In this document: in pieces, positions 54,511 to 64,000 of the stretch
Layout: every line of letters begins with the position of its first letter
Position numbering within the stretch: position 1 is the stretch's first letter
Source: Octopus vulgaris
Taxonomy: Eukaryota
NCBI GenBank assembly: GCA_951406725.2
Contig: OX597824.1
Coordinates: 93,248,001 to 93,312,000, forward strand
Length of the DNA: 64,000 nucleotides
Direction of reading: 5' to 3'
Made by a program: the position numbers and the translations under genes
Notes under the pieces: generated by a model
What the model was told of the DNA's origin: nothing
Seen by the model: the letters and a program-made list of their open reading frames with translations, nothing else
Databases searched by the model: none

Positions 54511-54914
54511 CGTATTCTGGGAGAACACCGGCAGTTTTTTATTCTTTTTTTTTTTTTGATTGGGAGTGCAAATTGATTATGTCGACCCTCAGTACTTGAC
54601 TGGTACTTAGTTTCATAGACCTTGAATGGTTGAAAGGTAAAGATGACCTCCATGCAATTTGAACTCAAAACAAAAAACAAAGCCCGAAGAACTGGTAAGC
54701 TTTTTTTTTTTTTGTGTGCGACGCCCTAAAGGTTCCGATGATACATGGGGTTAACACACCAAGAGCGATTGTACGAAGTACAAAAAAGACAGGTTGGTCA
54801 CCATATATGTGTGTGTGTGTGTTTATATATATATACATGTATGTATATCTATATAAATATATATATGTGTGAGTGTATGTTTTCATATATATATATACAC
54901 ACATGTATATATGT

Positions 54915-55241
54915 ATGTATTTGTGTGTTTGTGTTTGTACCCCCACCATCGTTTGACAACCGGCGTGTTTATATCCGCTTCAATTAGCGGTTCGGCAAAA
55001 GACAACGATAGAATAAGTGTCGGGCATAAAAAAAATAAGTACTGGAGCCGATTCATTGGACTGATAATTCTCCAAGTCGGTGCCCCAGCATGGCCGCAGT
55101 CCAATAAGTAAATACCACCACCACCACTACCACCACCGCCAGCAAGGCCACCGCGCGTTGCACAACGTTTATATCAACATAAACAACGAGATTTTCAGCG
55201 ACACCTCTACCGCCACCGCCACTAACACAGGCAGCGGCGAC

Positions 55242-55274
<33 letters not shown>

Positions 55275-55748
55275 CACGTGAGGAAACCGTCATAACAACA
55301 CGAACAAGAGCGACTACTAGTTTCATACCACACAACATCCGCCACCATCACAAGAATAAGCAGCCTCACATTCTGACGGAACTAACAACAATTATTACTC
55401 CGATGTTATTAGCAGCACCATCATAACCACCGATGTTGTGTATATTTCGTTCTTTTACTAGTTTCTGTCAATGGACTGCGGCCATGCTGGGGCCATACAA
55501 GGTGCACTGCCTTGTAGAGCTTTAGTCGAGCGAATCAGCCACACCACTTGGATTTTTCTTTTTTCTTTTTTCTTTTTTTTACTTTTGGTACTTTTTTTCC
55601 ATCGATGTCTGTTTACTAAGTACTAATTTACGGGGACGTAAACACACCAACACCGGCTGTCAAGCGATGGAGGGTACACACAGGAACACAATAATACACA
55701 CACGCACGTACACACACACACGCGCGCACACATACACACACACACACA

Positions 55749-55785
<37 letters not shown>

Positions 55786-56004
55786 GAAGGGCTTCTCACG
55801 ATCTCCTTCTACCAAATCCGTTCACAAGGCTTTGGTCGATCAGATGCTCTATAGGAAGACACTTGCCGAAGGTATCACGCTGTATGAATGAATCTCGAAA
55901 CCATGTGGTTGGGAAACAATCTTCTCGCCGCTCAGCGAACCGGCGACTATACATATACAAACACATGCACACACACACACACACGCACAGGCACATGCTT
56001 GCGT

Positions 56005-56049
<45 letters not shown>

Positions 56050-56231
56050 AAGGCGCAGGTGTGGCTGTGTGGTAAGAGGTAAGAAGCTTGCTTCCCACTG
56101 GGTTCAGTCCCACTGCGTGGTACTTTGGGTAAGTCTCTTATACTATAGCCTTGGGTTCAAAGCCTTGTGGTTTTGGTAGACGTAAATTGAAAGAAGCCCG
56201 TCGTATATGTGTGAATGTGTGTGTGTGTGCA

Positions 56232-56293
<62 letters not shown>

Positions 56294-56488
56294 TGTCTCT
56301 CGGCCATCGCTTCACGACTGATGCTGGTGTGTTTATGTTCCGTAACCTAGCGATTCGGGCCAAAAGACGCCGATAGAGTAAGTACTAAGCGTATAAAGAA
56401 TAAGTCCTGGGGTCGATTTCTTTGACTACCACACTACAAAATGGTGTTCCAGCATGGCCGCAGTCAAATGACTGAAACAAGTAAAAGA

Positions 56489-56490
<2 letters not shown>
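54915..56490. mobile_element. Three family C SINEs: (+)54915-55105 3' half, (-)55455-55930, (+)56051-56490
   Basis: Shared head, core and CCAGCATGGCCGCAGTC end; each has an internal microsatellite. Confidence 0.85.
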
Positions 56491-56541
<51 letters not shown>

Positions 56542-57054
56542 TATTCCAGCTCATATATGACACAAGACCAGTAGTTTTGAGGGTTGGGTTAAGTCCACAA
56601 ACGTATATATAAGTCCAAACCAGTATTTAACTGGTATATATTTTATCGACACCGAAAGGATGAAAATACATTTCTAGATATTAAAACTTAGCAACATTTA
56701 TACTGAAGAACGTTTGCAAATCAAAAAAACAATTGCAACATTTCAAGTTGTATATATAAATAGTTATCTTCATCAACGCACAACATCAAGTAATATGTAA
56801 TATACAGACAAATACAGCTAGCACCACCGCAACAGCCATCGCCGCCACAGCCAGTGGAGGTTATGTACATGCGCGCCGCCTTCTCTATCTGTTGACACGA
56901 ACAAAAATTAAAGCTGTAAGCTACGACTTTCAACAGGGTGAGAAGGCAGCCCAAAACTTATCGGATGAGGAGGTTGGATGTGCACACACACGCACACGCG
57001 CGCGCACACAACTCACGCAACACGAATATCCCAAACACAAGTACATCGACACGT

Positions 57055-60630
<3,576 letters not shown>

Positions 60631-60665
60631 CTTACGAACGGCAACTACAGCCAGCGCGAAGCTGC

Positions 60666-60695
60666 TATATAACAATCGATTCAAGTCAGTCAGTC
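60666..60695 (+). promoter_or_regulatory. Candidate core promoter (TATA + Inr)
   Basis: TATATAA at 60666-60672 in non-repetitive sequence; TCAGTC Inr-like motifs at 60686 and 60690; ATG at 60717. Confidence 0.35.
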
Positions 60696-60716
60696 GCTTA
60701 CAGACTGTCAAGCAGG

Positions 60717-60837
60717 ATGGAGTGCTCAGCAATATTACAATCTTACGGCTTTACCAGCATGCACACTTACCTTGCAAATGTGCGGAACCACGTGTTATGG
60801 GTGACTTTCCTTTTGATGTCACTCTCCCTACTGGCAG
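60717..60837 (+). CDS. Candidate first coding exon (signal peptide) of an unidentified secreted or membrane protein
   Basis: ATG in good context (CAGGATGG); 40 codons MECSAILQSYGFTSMHTYLANVRNHVLWVTFLLMSLSLLA ending in a hydrophobic stretch; consensus donor CAG|GTAAGT in phase 1; unique island amid microsatellites. Confidence 0.55.
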
Positions 60838-61019
60838 GTAAGTCGAAACCACCAGATTACACGACCTGTTTTGGCTATTTCACGGATACACGCGCGGAAC
60901 GTTGATGGTGTTGGGGGAAAACATCGCCACGTTGGAGATTAGCTTGGAGATGAAGGATTACGATATAGACAAATGATTAACGATGATAATGATGATGTTA
61001 TCGAGATTGTTTATAAATA

Positions 61020-63575
<2,556 letters not shown>

Positions 63576-64000
63576 AGAAGCGGAACATTTGAATGAAGTA
63601 TCGATAGAAGCTTCGTAAGAATGAGTTAGAGTACAGAGTATGCTTCCGGCGGTGAGTCAACAGCAGAGACACACTTTCAATTCCCAGCCGTGTCTCGGGA
63701 ATTTTTTTTATATTTATCTTTTTATTTTTTGGCATTTAATTTATTTGACACGATTGCATCGGTCCACGCCTGTCATATCAATGTGTATACACCCCACTAA
63801 AACTTTCCAAAACACACACATACACACACACATATGTATATATATTATTAAGGAGGCTATTCGCAATTTAGAACCGAAAGACAAAAAGTATATCCGTCAC
63901 CAAAGTGACGGAGGGTGCTACTAGGCACCACCATTCCTAGAAATAAGAGTCAAAACAGCACTTAGACACGTGAGAGCACTTTTGTAATGATTGACACACA

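Overview
A 64-kb, AT-rich, almost gene-free eukaryotic region. The SINE families and extreme microsatellite load suggest an octopus (coleoid cephalopod) genome; this is an inference from repeat content. It is dominated by (TA)n, (TG)n, (GATA)n, (TATG)n and trinucleotide repeats and by about 50 tRNA-derived SINE copies from four families, several with target-site duplications (TSDs). It also holds fossil LINE pieces, two Tc1/mariner remnants, hAT and Tc1-type MITEs, a ~180-bp satellite and an internally deleted 28S rRNA fragment. Nearly all supplied ORFs are microsatellite artefacts. The only plausible host-gene piece is a signal-peptide-like exon at 60717-60837 ending in CAG|GTAAGT. The main unexplained signal is a set of about 15 minimal type I hammerhead ribozyme motifs from several unrelated sequence families. 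They sit in short non-coding cassettes, mostly inside or beside (TA)n tracts and often as fold-back inverted repeats, and one is joined to a tRNA-like Pol III head. This looks like a microsatellite-targeting, ribozyme-bearing, non-autonomous Penelope-like (PLE) or retrozyme system.
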